A DNA stretch of 64,000 nt from Planctomycetota bacterium (GTDB lineage Bacteria; Planctomycetota; B15-G4). Of this stretch, positions 17,617-27,468 are shown piece after piece. Where the stretch lies: assembly GCA_029259715.1 (NCBI GenBank), contig JAJDEP010000003.1, positions 301,370-365,369 of the forward strand, read 5' to 3'. Within the stretch, counting starts at the first letter, position 1; the number at the start of each line of letters is the position of its first letter. The position numbers and the translations under genes are program-made. The notes beneath the pieces were generated by a model. It was not told the origin of the DNA and ran no database searches. It saw only the letters and a program-made list of their open reading frames with translations.

Positions 17617-20091
17617 CTAGCCGATCACGAAGTTGACGATGCGCCCGGGCACCGCCACCACCTTGCGGACCTGAGCCCCCGCGAGCAGTTCGGCGATGCG
17701 TTCGTCGGCCCGGGCGGCCGCCTCGAGCCCCGCGGCGTCGACGTCGGCCGGCACCGTGACGCGCGCCCGCACCTTGCCGTTGACCTGCACCGGCATCTCG
17801 ATGGTGTCCTGCACCAGCAGGCTCGCGTCCACCGCCGGCCACTCGTCCCAGGCCAGCTCCACCTCGTTGCCGAGCACGACCGCGTTGAGTTCCTCGGCCA
17901 GGTGCGGCGCGAAGGGCTCGAGCAGCATCAGGAAATCCCGGGCCAGCGACCGGGGCATGCCGATGGCCTGTCCGGCGGCGGCCTCCCGGGTGACGACGTT
18001 GACGAATTCCATCATGGCCGAGATGGCCGTGTTGAAGGCCAGCTCGTCGAGGTCCGCCGTGACCTTGGCGGCGCAGGCGGCGAAAGCCCGGGCCACCGTC
18101 TCGGTGGGCTCGGCATCGACCACCACGCTGTTCCCCTCCTGGTCGACGAAGGTGCGATGGACCCGCTTGAGGAAGCGCCGCGTCCCCGAGAGCCCGTTGG
18201 TCTGCCAGGGCTTGGTGGCGGTCAGCGGCCCCATGAACATCTCGTAGAGGCGGAAGGCGTCGGCCCCGAATTCGCCCACCACGTCGTCGGGATTGACCAC
18301 GTTGCCCCGGCTCTTGGACATCTTCTCGTTGTCCTCGCCCAGGATCATCCCCTGGCACACGAGCTTGGTGAACGGCTCGGCCACCGAGACCAGACCGGCG
18401 TCGTGCAGCACCATGTGCCAGAAGCGCGCGTACATCAGGTGCAACACGGCGTGCTCGGAGCCGCCGATGTAGAGGTCGACGGGCAGCCAGTAGTCGGCCG
18501 CCTCGCGGGTCAGGAAGGCGTCTTCGTTGTTGGGGTCGACGAAGCGCAGGTAGTACCAGCACGAGCCCGCCCACTGGGGCATGGTGTTGGTCTCGCGCCG
18601 CACGGGTTCGCCGGTCTCCGGATCGGTGGTCGCGACCCAATCCTCTACGGCGGCCAGCGGCGGCTCGCCGTCGCCGGTGGGTTCGAAACGCTCCACGGGC
18701 GGCAGGGTCAGGGGCAGCTGGTCCTCAGGCACGGGCACCACCGTGCCGTCCGCCCGGTGCAGCAGCGGGATCGGCTCGCCCCAGTAGCGCTGGCGGCTGA
18801 AGAGCCAGTCGCGCAGCTTGGTGTGGATGGCCGCCTTGCCCTTCCCGTGCTGCTCGAGCCACGCGATGGTGGCGGCCTTGGCCTCCGTCACGCCCATGCC
18901 GTCGAGGAAGCCGCTGTTCACGGCCGGGCCGTCCCCGGTGTAGGCCCCGCCTTCGAAGTCGTCGGGCGGCTGCACCGTGCGGACGATGGGCAGCTGATAG
19001 GTCTCGGCGAATTCCCAGTCGCGCTCGTCCTGACCCGGCACGGCCATGATGGCCCCGGTGCCGTAGCCGCTGAGCACGTAGTCGGCCACCCAGATGGGGA
19101 TGGGCTGATCGTTCATCGGGTTGATCGCGTAACGCCCGGTGAACACGCCCGTCTTGGTCTTCGACGCGGTGCGGTCGAGTTCGCTCTTGTTCACGGCCTC
19201 GTCGCGATAGGCCGCGCACTCCGCCCGCTGCTCGTCCGTGACGAGGGCGTCGAAGTGGCCGTGCTCGGGCGCGACAACCATGTAGGTCGCGCCGAAGAGG
19301 GTGTCGGGCCGCGTCGTGAACACGGTGAGGGTCTGTTGGGTCCCCTGCACTGTGTCGAGTCCTTGCACGGGGAAGTCCACCTCGGCGCCGAAGCTGCGGC
19401 CGATCCAGTTGCGCTGCAACGCCTTGATGTTCTCGGGCCAGTCGACATCGCTCAGCCCCGCTTCGAGCCGCTCCGCGTACTCGGTGATGCGCAGCATCCA
19501 CTGACGCATGGGCCGACGCTCGACGGGATGCCCGCCCACCTCGCTCTTGCCGTCGATGACCTCCTCGTTGGCGAGCACCGTGCCCAGGGCCTGGCACCAA
19601 TTGACCGGCACCTCGGCCTGGTAGGCCAGTCCCCGCTCGAACAGCTTCAGGAAGATCCACTGGGTCCAGCGGTAGTAGCGCGGATCGGAGGTGGCGATCT
19701 CCCGGCTCCAGTCGTAGCTGAAGCCCAGCGCGCGCAGCTGCCGCCGGAAGTTGTCGATGTTGCGCGCGGTGGTCTCAGCCGGGTGCACGCCGGTCTTGAT
19801 GGCGTACTGCTCCGCCGGCAGGCCGAAGCTGTCCCAGCCCATGGGGTGCAGCACGTTGTGGCCGCGATGGCGCTTGTAGCGCGCCACGATGTCGGTGGCC
19901 GTGTAGCTCAGCGGGTGGCCGACGTGCAGGCCGTCGCCGCTCGGGTACGGGAACATGTCCAGCACGTAGTACTTCGGGCGGGTCCGGTCGTCCCGCGCCG
20001 CGAAGGTGGCCGACTCGATCCAGCGGGCCTGCCAGCGAGCCTCGATGGCACGGTGGTCGTAGACGCCGGCCGTAGGGCGGGTCAGGGTCAT
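17617..20091 (-). CDS. leuS: leucine--tRNA ligase
   Basis: 824 aa from ATG 20091. HIGH-type motif [18 protein letters not shown] motif (EKMSKSRGN), and LeuRS-specific blocks throughout. Confidence 0.95.
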   Translation of the reverse strand: MTLTRPTAGVYDHRAIEARWQARWIESATFAARDDRTRPKYYVLDMFPYPSGDGLHVGHPLSYTATDIVARYKRHRGHNVLHPMGWDSFGLPAEQYAIKTGVHPAETTARNIDNFRRQLRALGFSYDWSREIATSDPRYYRWTQWIFLKLFERGLAYQAEVPVNWCQALGTVLANEEVIDGKSEVGGHPVERRPMRQWMLRITEYAERLEAGLSDVDWPENIKALQRNWIGRSFGAEVDFPVQGLDTVQGTQQTLTVFTTRPDTLFGATYMVVAPEHGHFDALVTDEQRAECAAYRDEAVNKSELDRTASKTKTGVFTGRYAINPMNDQPIPIWVADYVLSGYGTGAIMAVPGQDERDWEFAETYQLPIVRTVQPPDDFEGGAYTGDGPAVNSGFLDGMGVTEAKAATIAWLEQHGKGKAAIHTKLRDWLFSRQRYWGEPIPLLHRADGTVVPVPEDQLPLTLPPVERFEPTGDGEPPLAAVEDWVATTDPETGEPVRRETNTMPQWAGSCWYYLRFVDPNNEDAFLTREAADYWLPVDLYIGGSEHAVLHLMYARFWHMVLHDAGLVSVAEPFTKLVCQGMILGEDNEKMSKSRGNVVNPDDVVGEFGADAFRLYEMFMGPLTATKPWQTNGLSGTRRFLKRVHRTFVDQEGNSVVVDAEPTETVARAFAACAAKVTADLDELAFNTAISAMMEFVNVVTREAAAGQAIGMPRSLARDFLMLLEPFAPHLAEELNAVVLGNEVELAWDEWPAVDASLLVQDTIEMPVQVNGKVRARVTVPADVDAAGLEAAARADERIAELLAGAQVRKVVAVPGRIVNFVIG

Positions 20092-20215
20092 GGGGCGAGC
20101 CTCGGAAACCGGGAAGGATAACGGCTCGACGGAGAGGCCAGAAATCCCTTGCGTGGTCCGGGGGCTGTGCCTAGTTTCGCGCCAACGTTGCGCCGCTCCC
20201 GAAGGGCGCACCGAT

Positions 20216-20291
20216 GGGCGCTTAGCTCAGCTGGTAGAGCATCTGGCTGGCAGCCAGAAGGTCAGGGGTTCGACCCCCCTAGCGTCCACCA
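20216..20291 (+). tRNA. tRNA-Ala (anticodon GGC)
   Basis: 76 nt cloverleaf folded by hand. Acceptor GGGCGCT/AGCGTCC with the G3:U70 Ala identity pair. D-stem GCTC/GAGC. Anticodon stem TCTGG/CCAGA with loop CTGGCAG (GGC). T-arm AGGGG-TTCGACC-CCCCT. Encoded CCA. Confidence 0.9.
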
Positions 20292-20409
20292 TGCCTCTCC
20301 GGGCCCTCTCGCCCGACGCGAAGGCCCGCCCGGCGTGATGGCCGACCGCAAGTCACGCCCAAGCGTCGACGATGAAGGGGATCAAGCCCCCTTCCCGGAA
20401 CTCGAAGCG

Positions 20410-21753
20410 ATGATTCGGCACCCTCTCGGTCGCGTGGCCCTCGTGGCCTGCGCGAGCCTGCTGGCCCTCGGGGCCGGCGGCAAGAAGTCCGCACTCCAGG
20501 TCCCCAGGGCCTTCCCCACCATTCAGGCCGCCGTCGACGCCGCCGTTCCGGGCGATGTGATCAAGGTCGGCAAGGGGACCTACGCCGAAGCCGTGGTCAT
20601 CGCCACCGACGGCCTGACCCTGATCGGCCGCCGCTCGGTCGTCGACCCGGCCTACGCGGGGCCCTGCTTCAGCGTGAACGCCGACGACGTGACCATCAAC
20701 GGTTTCACCCTGCGCAACGGCAGCCTCGGCGTGTCCGCCACGGGCGACGGCATCAGCCTGATCAAGAACATCGTCGAGGCCTCGGCCGGGGTCGGCCTCT
20801 CGGTCACCGGCGAAGGCGCCGCGGTGATCTCCAACGCCGTGCGGGCCGCCGGCGGCGACGGCATACGTGTGCGCGGCCCGGTGGGCGCCTTCGGGATCAC
20901 GGGCGAAAACCCCTCCCAGGTCCACACCAACAAGGTCCAGCAGTCCGGCGAGGACGGCATCGACGTGGTCGACGTGAACAGCACGATCCGCCGCAATCTG
21001 TGCACCTCCAACGGCTTCCACGGGATCCGCTCCGAGCTCGGAGGCGTCTTCGTGGCCGGCGGACCGGCCTCCCTCGTCTCGGGCAACCAGGGTCACTTCA
21101 ACGCCTTCGACGGCCTGCAGATCGAGTCGTACTTCGGGACGGGCGTCGACGTGGTCACCAACACCACCCGCTTCAACGGCCAGGACGGACTGCGGGTGCT
21201 GGGGTTCCACTTCACGGTGAACGGCAATCGCTCCGGCAACAACGCCCGCCACGGGCTGTGCCACTCGGGCCAGGCCGCCGTCCTGAGCAGCAACCGCTGC
21301 GAGAGCAACGGCGGCGTGGGCCTCATGTCCGAGGGCTTCGTCAGCGGGGGCGACGGCGGGGTCGCCGGCGACGTGGGCATCACGCTGCAGAGCAACCGTT
21401 GCCAGGGCAACGGGCGTGACGGCATCCACGCGGCCGGCGGACGTTTCGCCATCCTGGGCAACACGTCGTCAGCCAACCTCGGTGACGGCATCGACCTCGA
21501 CCGGCTCGCCCCCGGCCAGGACCCCGGTGACGGTGGCGAACCCACCAACCTCGAGGACAACTCCTGCAAGGACAACGGCCACGACGGCATCGACAACTCG
21601 GCGCTGGGCACCTCCATCCGCTCGAATCAGAGCAGCAACAACGGCGGGGTCGACCTGGCCGGTGCCGGCGACGGATCGGGCACCGTGGCGACCTTCGACA
21701 GCAACAAATTCGGCACCGGCGGCGCCGATGCCGTCCAGTTGCTCGACCTCTGA
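20410..21753 (+). CDS. secreted right-handed parallel beta-helix repeat protein (pectate-lyase-fold / NosD-like)
   Basis: 447 aa from ATG 20410 (MIRHPLGRVALVACASLLALGAGG, signal peptide). Repeated GxDGI/GNxxxxNxxxG beta-helix rungs (GDGISLIKNIV, GDGIRVRG, EDGIDVVD, FDGLQIES, QDGLRVLG, RDGIHAAG, GDGIDLD, HDGIDNS). Confidence 0.8.
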   Translation: MIRHPLGRVALVACASLLALGAGGKKSALQVPRAFPTIQAAVDAAVPGDVIKVGKGTYAEAVVIATDGLTLIGRRSVVDPAYAGPCFSVNADDVTINGFTLRNGSLGVSATGDGISLIKNIVEASAGVGLSVTGEGAAVISNAVRAAGGDGIRVRGPVGAFGITGENPSQVHTNKVQQSGEDGIDVVDVNSTIRRNLCTSNGFHGIRSELGGVFVAGGPASLVSGNQGHFNAFDGLQIESYFGTGVDVVTNTTRFNGQDGLRVLGFHFTVNGNRSGNNARHGLCHSGQAAVLSSNRCESNGGVGLMSEGFVSGGDGGVAGDVGITLQSNRCQGNGRDGIHAAGGRFAILGNTSSANLGDGIDLDRLAPGQDPGDGGEPTNLEDNSCKDNGHDGIDNSALGTSIRSNQSSNNGGVDLAGAGDGSGTVATFDSNKFGTGGADAVQLLDL

Positions 21754-21904
21754 GCGGACCGCGGCTCCTCCCGATCAGGCCCTACGGGTTCAGGAACGAG
21801 CATTCTCAGCGAATTGGGTCCAGGTCATGGCTCACATGCTCCGATAGCCATATTCGATTGCTCACATGTCCCTGTTCCAACGACATCGGATCCCGACAAG
21901 CCCG

Positions 21905-23170
21905 ATGAACACGCTGCACGTCCCCGAACGTCGTGCCCGCTCGGCAGGCTTCACCCTGGTGGAGCTGCTGATCGCGAGCGCTTTGAGCGCCATCGTGCTC
22001 ATGGCCTCGGCCCATGCCGCGGGCATGTTCGCGACGCAGCTGCAGGACCTCACGGATGAAGGCGACAGCGAACTCGAGCGGGCCCTGGCCACCATCATCC
22101 ATGACGTGCGCTACGCCTGGTGGGCCGAGGTCACCGGCACCTCGGCCTCCATCGTGGCCGGGCCGGCGGGCAAGGAAACCACCTACGCCTACGACGACGA
22201 TCGCCTGACCGTCACCGACACCCGCGGCAACACCGACGTGCTGGCCTACGGCCTCGAGTCGGCCACCTTCTCGGCCGCCACGATGACGCGCTACCGCGAG
22301 GACGACCCCGTCTCCGCCAGCGAGGCGTTCTGGTGGAGCAGCGCCCCTGTCACGGCCGCCGTGCCTTTGGTGCTGATGGAGGGCGACACGCTCGGCCTGG
22401 GCTTCACGGTGCGCTCCGCCTCCCCCTGGGACTCCTCGGTGGAGGGCATCGAGGAGCAGTTGCTGAGCGCCACCCTCGATCAACTCGAGCTGCCCCTCGC
22501 GACCCTCGTTTCCAACGGCGCCACGCTGCAGATCGCCTTGCACCGGGCGCGCTCTCCGGGAGACGGTCGGCCCGAGGGCCCGCCCCTTTCGACCAAGCTG
22601 ATCCGGCTCAACACCCTGCCGCTGAAGGCCTTCACCGTCTTTGATGTCGACAAGCTCCTGACCTTGCCCACTCCGCTCCTGCCACCTCTCGGCAGGGCCC
22701 CCTGGTGGGTGGACGACCATGATCTGGTCTTCAAGACCACGGCCCCGACCACCGACGTGCCGCTCTCGCTGTGGGGTGCGGCCCGGGCCATCGAGCCCGG
22801 CGTCAGCTACACGCTGCTGCTGAGCGTGATCGGCGATGGCGCGGTGGTCCTGCGCGTGCACCCGCTACTCACGTCCGTCGGCTCGGGACTGAGCCTCATG
22901 TCAGACCTCGACAAGACCGGCATCCCGGACATGGAACACGACGCTTACACGCCCATCGCCTACGCCGTGCCGTGCCGCCTGCGCGGCGTGGTGACGGCCA
23001 CCAGCACCCTGGCGACCGAGGTGGTCACCCGCATCGACGTGATGCTGCGCGACACCTCGGGACTCACCGCCCGCGGTTCGGCCAACCTGTCCGGGCAGAC
23101 GCTGGCCATGCACCCGTGGCTCGGCGCCATCCCGGGCGAGGCGCCCGTGCTCACGGGGGCCGCGCCGTGA
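21905..23170 (+). CDS. large pilin-like protein, family A copy 1 (prepilin-type N-terminal cleavage/methylation domain)
   Basis: 421 aa. N-terminal RSAG|FTLVELLIASALSAIVL (G-1, E+5). Family motifs DVRYAWW and C-terminal HPWLGAIPGE are shared with the genes at 24823 and 29073. Confidence 0.8.
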   Translation: MNTLHVPERRARSAGFTLVELLIASALSAIVLMASAHAAGMFATQLQDLTDEGDSELERALATIIHDVRYAWWAEVTGTSASIVAGPAGKETTYAYDDDRLTVTDTRGNTDVLAYGLESATFSAATMTRYREDDPVSASEAFWWSSAPVTAAVPLVLMEGDTLGLGFTVRSASPWDSSVEGIEEQLLSATLDQLELPLATLVSNGATLQIALHRARSPGDGRPEGPPLSTKLIRLNTLPLKAFTVFDVDKLLTLPTPLLPPLGRAPWWVDDHDLVFKTTAPTTDVPLSLWGAARAIEPGVSYTLLLSVIGDGAVVLRVHPLLTSVGSGLSLMSDLDKTGIPDMEHDAYTPIAYAVPCRLRGVVTATSTLATEVVTRIDVMLRDTSGLTARGSANLSGQTLAMHPWLGAIPGEAPVLTGAAP

Positions 23171-23673
23171 AGCCGAAGACGTCCCGTCGCCCCCGTTCGG
23201 TCCGCTGCGCCGGCCTGACCCTGCTCGAGGTCATGGGCGCCACCATCGTGCTGAGCATGGCCGTGGTGTCGAGTTCGTACGTGATGTCGCAGGCGACGAC
23301 GACCCGCGCCAGCATGCACGCGGGTCCCATCGACGCGGCGCTGCTGGCGGCCCACATCCATGAGGCGGCCCTGGGCCTCTCGAGGGAACCCAGCGGGCTG
23401 GGCATCGCCACCTCGGGTTCCGACGTGCTGGCCCTCGACACCCTCGACGGCGCCGTGTTCTCGCCGCCCATCGACGCCCAGCTGGAAGTGATCCCCGCTT
23501 CCACGGGCTGGGCCCAGCACGTCGACCTGCGCATCGTCGACCCCGCCGATCCCGAAAACTCGCGCGCCCTCACCACGGCCGACTCCATGGGCGAAGAGGT
23601 CATCGAGCTGGTGGTGACGATCAGCGAGTTCGGCCGTTCCAAGGGTGAATTCACGTGGTGGCTCACGCCGTGA
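23167..23673 (+). CDS. minor pseudopilin-like protein, family B copy 1 (GspI/J-sized)
   Basis: 168 aa. GTG start overlaps the upstream stop (GTGA). CAG|LTLLEVMGATIVL prepilin motif. LDGAVFSPPIDA and C-terminal TWWLTP are shared with the genes at 26971 and 61083. Confidence 0.7.
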   Translation: MKPKTSRRPRSVRCAGLTLLEVMGATIVLSMAVVSSSYVMSQATTTRASMHAGPIDAALLAAHIHEAALGLSREPSGLGIATSGSDVLALDTLDGAVFSPPIDAQLEVIPASTGWAQHVDLRIVDPADPENSRALTTADSMGEEVIELVVTISEFGRSKGEFTWWLTP

Positions 23674-24698
23674 CGACCCTCGACCCGCGACGCACCGGCG
23701 CCGGTCCCCAGGGCGGCTACGTGCTGCTCACCGTGCTGCTGCTGTCGATCCTGATGGTGTCCGGAACGGTGGGCTACGCCCGCTACGCGCTGCAGGCCGA
23801 GCAGCACGACGTGGCCGCGCTCGGCAATCACTCGGCCCGCGAGGCGGCCCTGTCCGGGCTCGCCTATGCCCGCCAGGCCCTGGCCTCGGGAACCCTCGCG
23901 TCGTCCACCACCGTGCAGGTCGGCGGCGCCGCCGTCGACATCCTGCTCACCGACGCCGGCAACGATCGGCACCTGCTCACCATCGAGTCCCTGGACGAAG
24001 GCCTCGGCGCCCGCATCGTAGCCGAGGCCGCTGTGATCCCCTCGGCCAGCGGCGACATGCCCCGCATCGATCCCGTAGCGGCCGCCGCGATCCTGGCGGA
24101 CAGTGCCACCCAGAAGGAGGAGGGCACCAAGGAGGACAAGACCTTCGAGGGCCACCTGGTCGTCAAGAAGGGCAAGACGCTGAACTTGATCAACGTCGTG
24201 GTCAAGGGCTCGATCTTCTCCGAGACGGCGTTGCTCGCGGCCATCGACGGCTTGCCCTACGACGACATCGAGTACACCGGCGACGAGACCGCGCTCGTGA
24301 TCGAGGGCGGCCTGCGCGTGGACGGGGTCGGCGCCATGGCGGGTGTCTCCATCTTCATGCCGGAGGGTTCCGTCTCCGCCGATGACGAGACCCAGATCGA
24401 ATTGAACGGCGCGGTGGTGTCCAACACGCTGCTGCTCGACGGTCACGGCGTCATCGCCGGCCCGCTGCTGACGCAGAACACACCAACTGTGAACTCGCTC
24501 ATCGATCGGCCGGGCGAAGGCCGGGCGCCGCGCCCCTGGCCCACCGCGTTGACTCACGCCTCGTATGAGATCGATTGGATCGCGTTTCCCGATCAGGACG
24601 TGACCGCCGCAGAGAAGGCCGCCCTGGCGGGCTTCCTGTTCCCGGCCAAGCTCGGAGCGGCCGTTGTGGCGCAATCGGTCTCGCCGCCCAACCCGTGA
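23670..24698 (+). CDS. GspK/PilX-like minor pseudopilin, family C copy 1
   Basis: About 342 aa. GTG 23670 overlaps the upstream stop (GTGA). The N-terminal hydrophobic segment QGG|YVLLTVLLLSILMVSG has no Glu at +5 (a GspK hallmark). Shared motif DRPGEGRAPRPWPT. Paralogous to the genes at 27465 and 60021. Confidence 0.7.
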   Translation: MTTLDPRRTGAGPQGGYVLLTVLLLSILMVSGTVGYARYALQAEQHDVAALGNHSAREAALSGLAYARQALASGTLASSTTVQVGGAAVDILLTDAGNDRHLLTIESLDEGLGARIVAEAAVIPSASGDMPRIDPVAAAAILADSATQKEEGTKEDKTFEGHLVVKKGKTLNLINVVVKGSIFSETALLAAIDGLPYDDIEYTGDETALVIEGGLRVDGVGAMAGVSIFMPEGSVSADDETQIELNGAVVSNTLLLDGHGVIAGPLLTQNTPTVNSLIDRPGEGRAPRPWPTALTHASYEIDWIAFPDQDVTAAEKAALAGFLFPAKLGAAVVAQSVSPPNP

Positions 24699-24822
24699 CA
24701 CCCTTGCGCCCTGCGACGGGGCGCCGGGAACCCCTCAACTCGTCACCAGCGCGCCTCCGATAGGGAAAGTACGGGTCCGCGCCCGCTCGCCGGCCCGTGA
24801 TCCCCTACCGGAATCCCCCGGC

Positions 24823-26160
24823 ATGCCGTCCCCGCACCGTCGACTCCGCCCCGCGGCGGCCTTCACCCTGGTCGAACTGCTCGTCGCCAGCACCCTGGGC
24901 GCGCTGCTCATGGTCGCGGCCGCCACCCTGGCCGGCAGCTTCAGCCAGAGCGTCGCGACCCTCATGGAAGACGTGGCGCCCGAGCACGAGACCGCCCTGG
25001 CGCGCATGGCCCGCGACGTGCGCTACGCGTGGTGGACCGACGTGCCGTCCGCCGATCGACTCATCGTGGACGACCACCAGAGCCGGCGGACCGTGTACCG
25101 CATCGACGGCACCGAAATCATCGCGCGCCATCCGGACGGCGAGGAGGGTGTGCTGGCCGAAGGCGTGGGCTCGCTGTCCTTCCAGGCGATCACGATGCAA
25201 CGCCTGCGCGAAGGGCCCCAGGTCACAGAGAACACAATCATCGCCGCGACCTCGCCCGTCTACGCCGACATGAAGGCCGTCGTCATCGGAGACGGCGCCA
25301 GCCAGGCGGTGGGCTTCGTGATCGACAGCGTGGTCGGCGAACGCTCCGTGACCTCGGTGGACGAGCAGGTGGTCGGCGCGACCATCGAGTCCATCGCGCT
25401 GCCCCTGGCTCAGGGCACCGGCAAGGGCACGGTCACCTTCGAGATCTATCCCGCGTGGGCGCCCGGCAACGGACGGCCCCGGCCCGGCGCGAACTCACTG
25501 GGTTCCGTCACCTTCCCGCTCTCCGCCTTCTCGCCGGCCGTCCAAGACCACCCCCATCACCCACACCACGTGACGGACATCCTGAAGGACCAGTACGGCG
25601 TCAAGCTCGAGGTGCCCGATCCCCGGGGTGGTCTGTTCGGATTGCTGCGCCTGAACGTCGACACCCAGGCAGACCTGACCGAAGTCCTCGACAAGTTCGA
25701 CCTGCTCGAGATCGAATCCGGCTTCGACGTCTCCACGACGGACCGCTATGAGGAGACGGGATTCTTCCTGCCCTCGGTGTCCACGGTGAACCTCGACACC
25801 GCCGGAGCCTTTCCGACCCTCGTGCCGGGCGTCGCCTACACCCTCGTCATGAGCATCAGCGGCAACGGCTCGCTGGCGGTGGTCACCACGGACAAGGTCT
25901 CCGCCTCCCAGAGCACCGTGGCGGCGCGCGAAAACGCCACCAAGAGTCTCGTGGCCGAGGACTATCAGTTCGCCGTGACGCTTTCCGGCACGCGCACGAT
26001 CACGAGCACCATCGCCAGCGACGAGGTCGCCCTGGTGCGCATGGACCTGCAGACCAGCGGCGGACAGCGTGCCTCCCGGGCCGCCGGCGTCTTCAGCCAG
26101 GTGGTGGCCGAGGATCCCTGGATGGGCGTGGTCGAAGGGGACCCCCCGCCCGAACCGTAG
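24823..26160 (+). CDS. large pilin-like protein, family A copy 2
   Basis: 445 aa. PAAA|FTLVELLVASTLGALLMV (Ala at -1, E+5). DVRYAWW. C-terminal DPWMGVVEGD. Confidence 0.8.
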   Translation: MPSPHRRLRPAAAFTLVELLVASTLGALLMVAAATLAGSFSQSVATLMEDVAPEHETALARMARDVRYAWWTDVPSADRLIVDDHQSRRTVYRIDGTEIIARHPDGEEGVLAEGVGSLSFQAITMQRLREGPQVTENTIIAATSPVYADMKAVVIGDGASQAVGFVIDSVVGERSVTSVDEQVVGATIESIALPLAQGTGKGTVTFEIYPAWAPGNGRPRPGANSLGSVTFPLSAFSPAVQDHPHHPHHVTDILKDQYGVKLEVPDPRGGLFGLLRLNVDTQADLTEVLDKFDLLEIESGFDVSTTDRYEETGFFLPSVSTVNLDTAGAFPTLVPGVAYTLVMSISGNGSLAVVTTDKVSASQSTVAARENATKSLVAEDYQFAVTLSGTRTITSTIASDEVALVRMDLQTSGGQRASRAAGVFSQVVAEDPWMGVVEGDPPPEP

Positions 26161-26306
26161 GCCCCGCGCCGCGGTCGGGACCACAGGCCGTTCCGGGCCC
26201 GCATGCGGCCGTCCTCGGGGGTCTCGGGGGGGATTGCGCCCTCATCGCCCCGCCCCCCGGTGTGCCCGTCTCGAAAGGGGGACGCGGCGTCTCAAGTCGC
26301 CTTCAA

Positions 26307-26321
26307 GGCGTGCCGAAAGCA
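26307..26321 (+). promoter_or_regulatory. candidate sigma-54 (-24/-12) promoter upstream of major pseudopilin gene
   Basis: aGGCgtgccgaaaGCAat, with GG and GC separated by 10 nt. The GCA lies 60 bp upstream of ATG 26382. Weak match to TGGCAC-N5-TTGCA. Confidence 0.25.
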
Positions 26322-26381
26322 ATCAGGTTGACCGGGCGGCTGTTCGCGCGGTGACGGAACACTTCCGGAGACATCTAGTCA

Positions 26382-26842
26382 TGTCGAAGCAAGATCGAAA
26401 GAACGCCGGCTTCACGCTGGTCGAACTGCTGATCGTCGTGATCATCCTCGGCATCCTCGCCGCGGTGGTCATTCCGCAGTTCAACACGGCGGCCGCCGAA
26501 TCCAAGGAAGCCGCGTTGGCTTCCAACCTCGCGACCATTCGTCAGGCCGTCGAGCTCTACAAGGTTCAGCACAACGACGCATTCCCCGGTTCGGGCATCG
26601 TCGACCAGCTGACGCTTTCCACGGATGTTGATGGTGCGACCACGGGCACCAAGTACGGCCCGTACATCCGCAACGCGTTCCCGAAGAACCCGATCGACGG
26701 TGACTCCACCGTGACGGCCGCAACCTCCATCTCGACTCCCAGCGGTACGTCAGTGGGTTGGGCTTACAACACCGTCAACGGCGAGTTCCGCGCGAACGTG
26801 GACGGTGCTGGCCCGAGCGGCGTGAACTACCACGACCTGTAG
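26382..26842 (+). CDS. GspG-like major pseudopilin / type IV pilin, copy 1
   Basis: 153 aa. MSKQDRKNAG|FTLVELLIVVIILGILAAVVIPQF is a canonical GspG N-terminus. C-terminal motif NGEFRANVDGAGPSGVNYHDL is shared with the genes at 30262 and 30913. Confidence 0.85.
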
Positions 26843-26878
26843 TCTCCAGCCTCTCTGAGCTCCAGCTCCGGAAGCGGG

Positions 26879-26909
26879 CCCGGCGAGAGGGCATACCCCT
26901 CTCGCCGGG
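26879..26909 (+). terminator. perfect 13-bp stem / 5-nt loop hairpin immediately after major pseudopilin gene (terminator/attenuator candidate)
   Basis: CCCGGCGAGAGGG-catac-CCCTCTCGCCGGG, 37 bp after the stop of the 26382..26842 gene. No U-tract (common in high-GC genomes). Confidence 0.45.
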
Positions 26910-26970
26910 TCCACGCCGGCTTCGGGAGAGCGAGAGTGCACCATCCGGGCGCACCCACGGAGCGCCGATC

Positions 26971-27468
26971 ATGACCGCGAGCACGACCAGACACGCCGGC
27001 TTCACGTTCATCGAACTGATGCTGGCCACATTGTTCCTCGGGACCATGCTGGTCGCGGCTTCGTCGGCCATCGGTTCGGCCGCGGTGACGAAGGAACACG
27101 GGCGGACGGTGCCCCAGACCGCTCTCGACTTCGCCCAGGAGATCCACGCGGCCTCCATGCTGCTGCCGCGCGCTCCCGGCGCCGGCGTCGCGGCCACTTC
27201 GGGAGCCGGCGTCTCGATCCTCGAGGACCTGGACGGCGCCGTGTTCTCGCCCCCCATCGACGCGGGCCGGCAGGCCTTTGCCGGCTCGACACGCTGGACC
27301 CAGCGCGTCGCGCTCGAACGGGTGCTCGTGGCGGATCCCTCCACGACGGCCCCGGTGCCCGATGAAGAAGTCGGGGAGGAGGAAGCCCCATGGATCTACG
27401 TCCTGATCGTCACCATGGAACTCGACGGCGCCCCCCAGGGCAGCTACAGCTGGTGGATCCGGCCGTGA
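26971..27468 (+). CDS. minor pseudopilin-like protein, family B copy 2
   Basis: 165 aa. RHAG|FTFIELMLATLFLG. LDGAVFSPPIDA. C-terminal SWWIRP. Confidence 0.75.
   Translation: MTASTTRHAGFTFIELMLATLFLGTMLVAASSAIGSAAVTKEHGRTVPQTALDFAQEIHAASMLLPRAPGAGVAATSGAGVSILEDLDGAVFSPPIDAGRQAFAGSTRWTQRVALERVLVADPSTTAPVPDEEVGEEEAPWIYVLIVTMELDGAPQGSYSWWIRP

Noticed and set aside
17902-20121. 739-aa plus ORF antisense to leuS, and the 311-aa minus ORF 18725..19660.
   Set aside because: The leuS frame carries the HIGH and KMSKS motifs. The others are GC artefacts.
21820-21845. Possible sigma-54 promoter TGGCTCACATGCT upstream of the first pilin module.
   Set aside because: GG/GC spacing does not fit the -24/-12 geometry. 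It is kept only as a direct-repeat observation.
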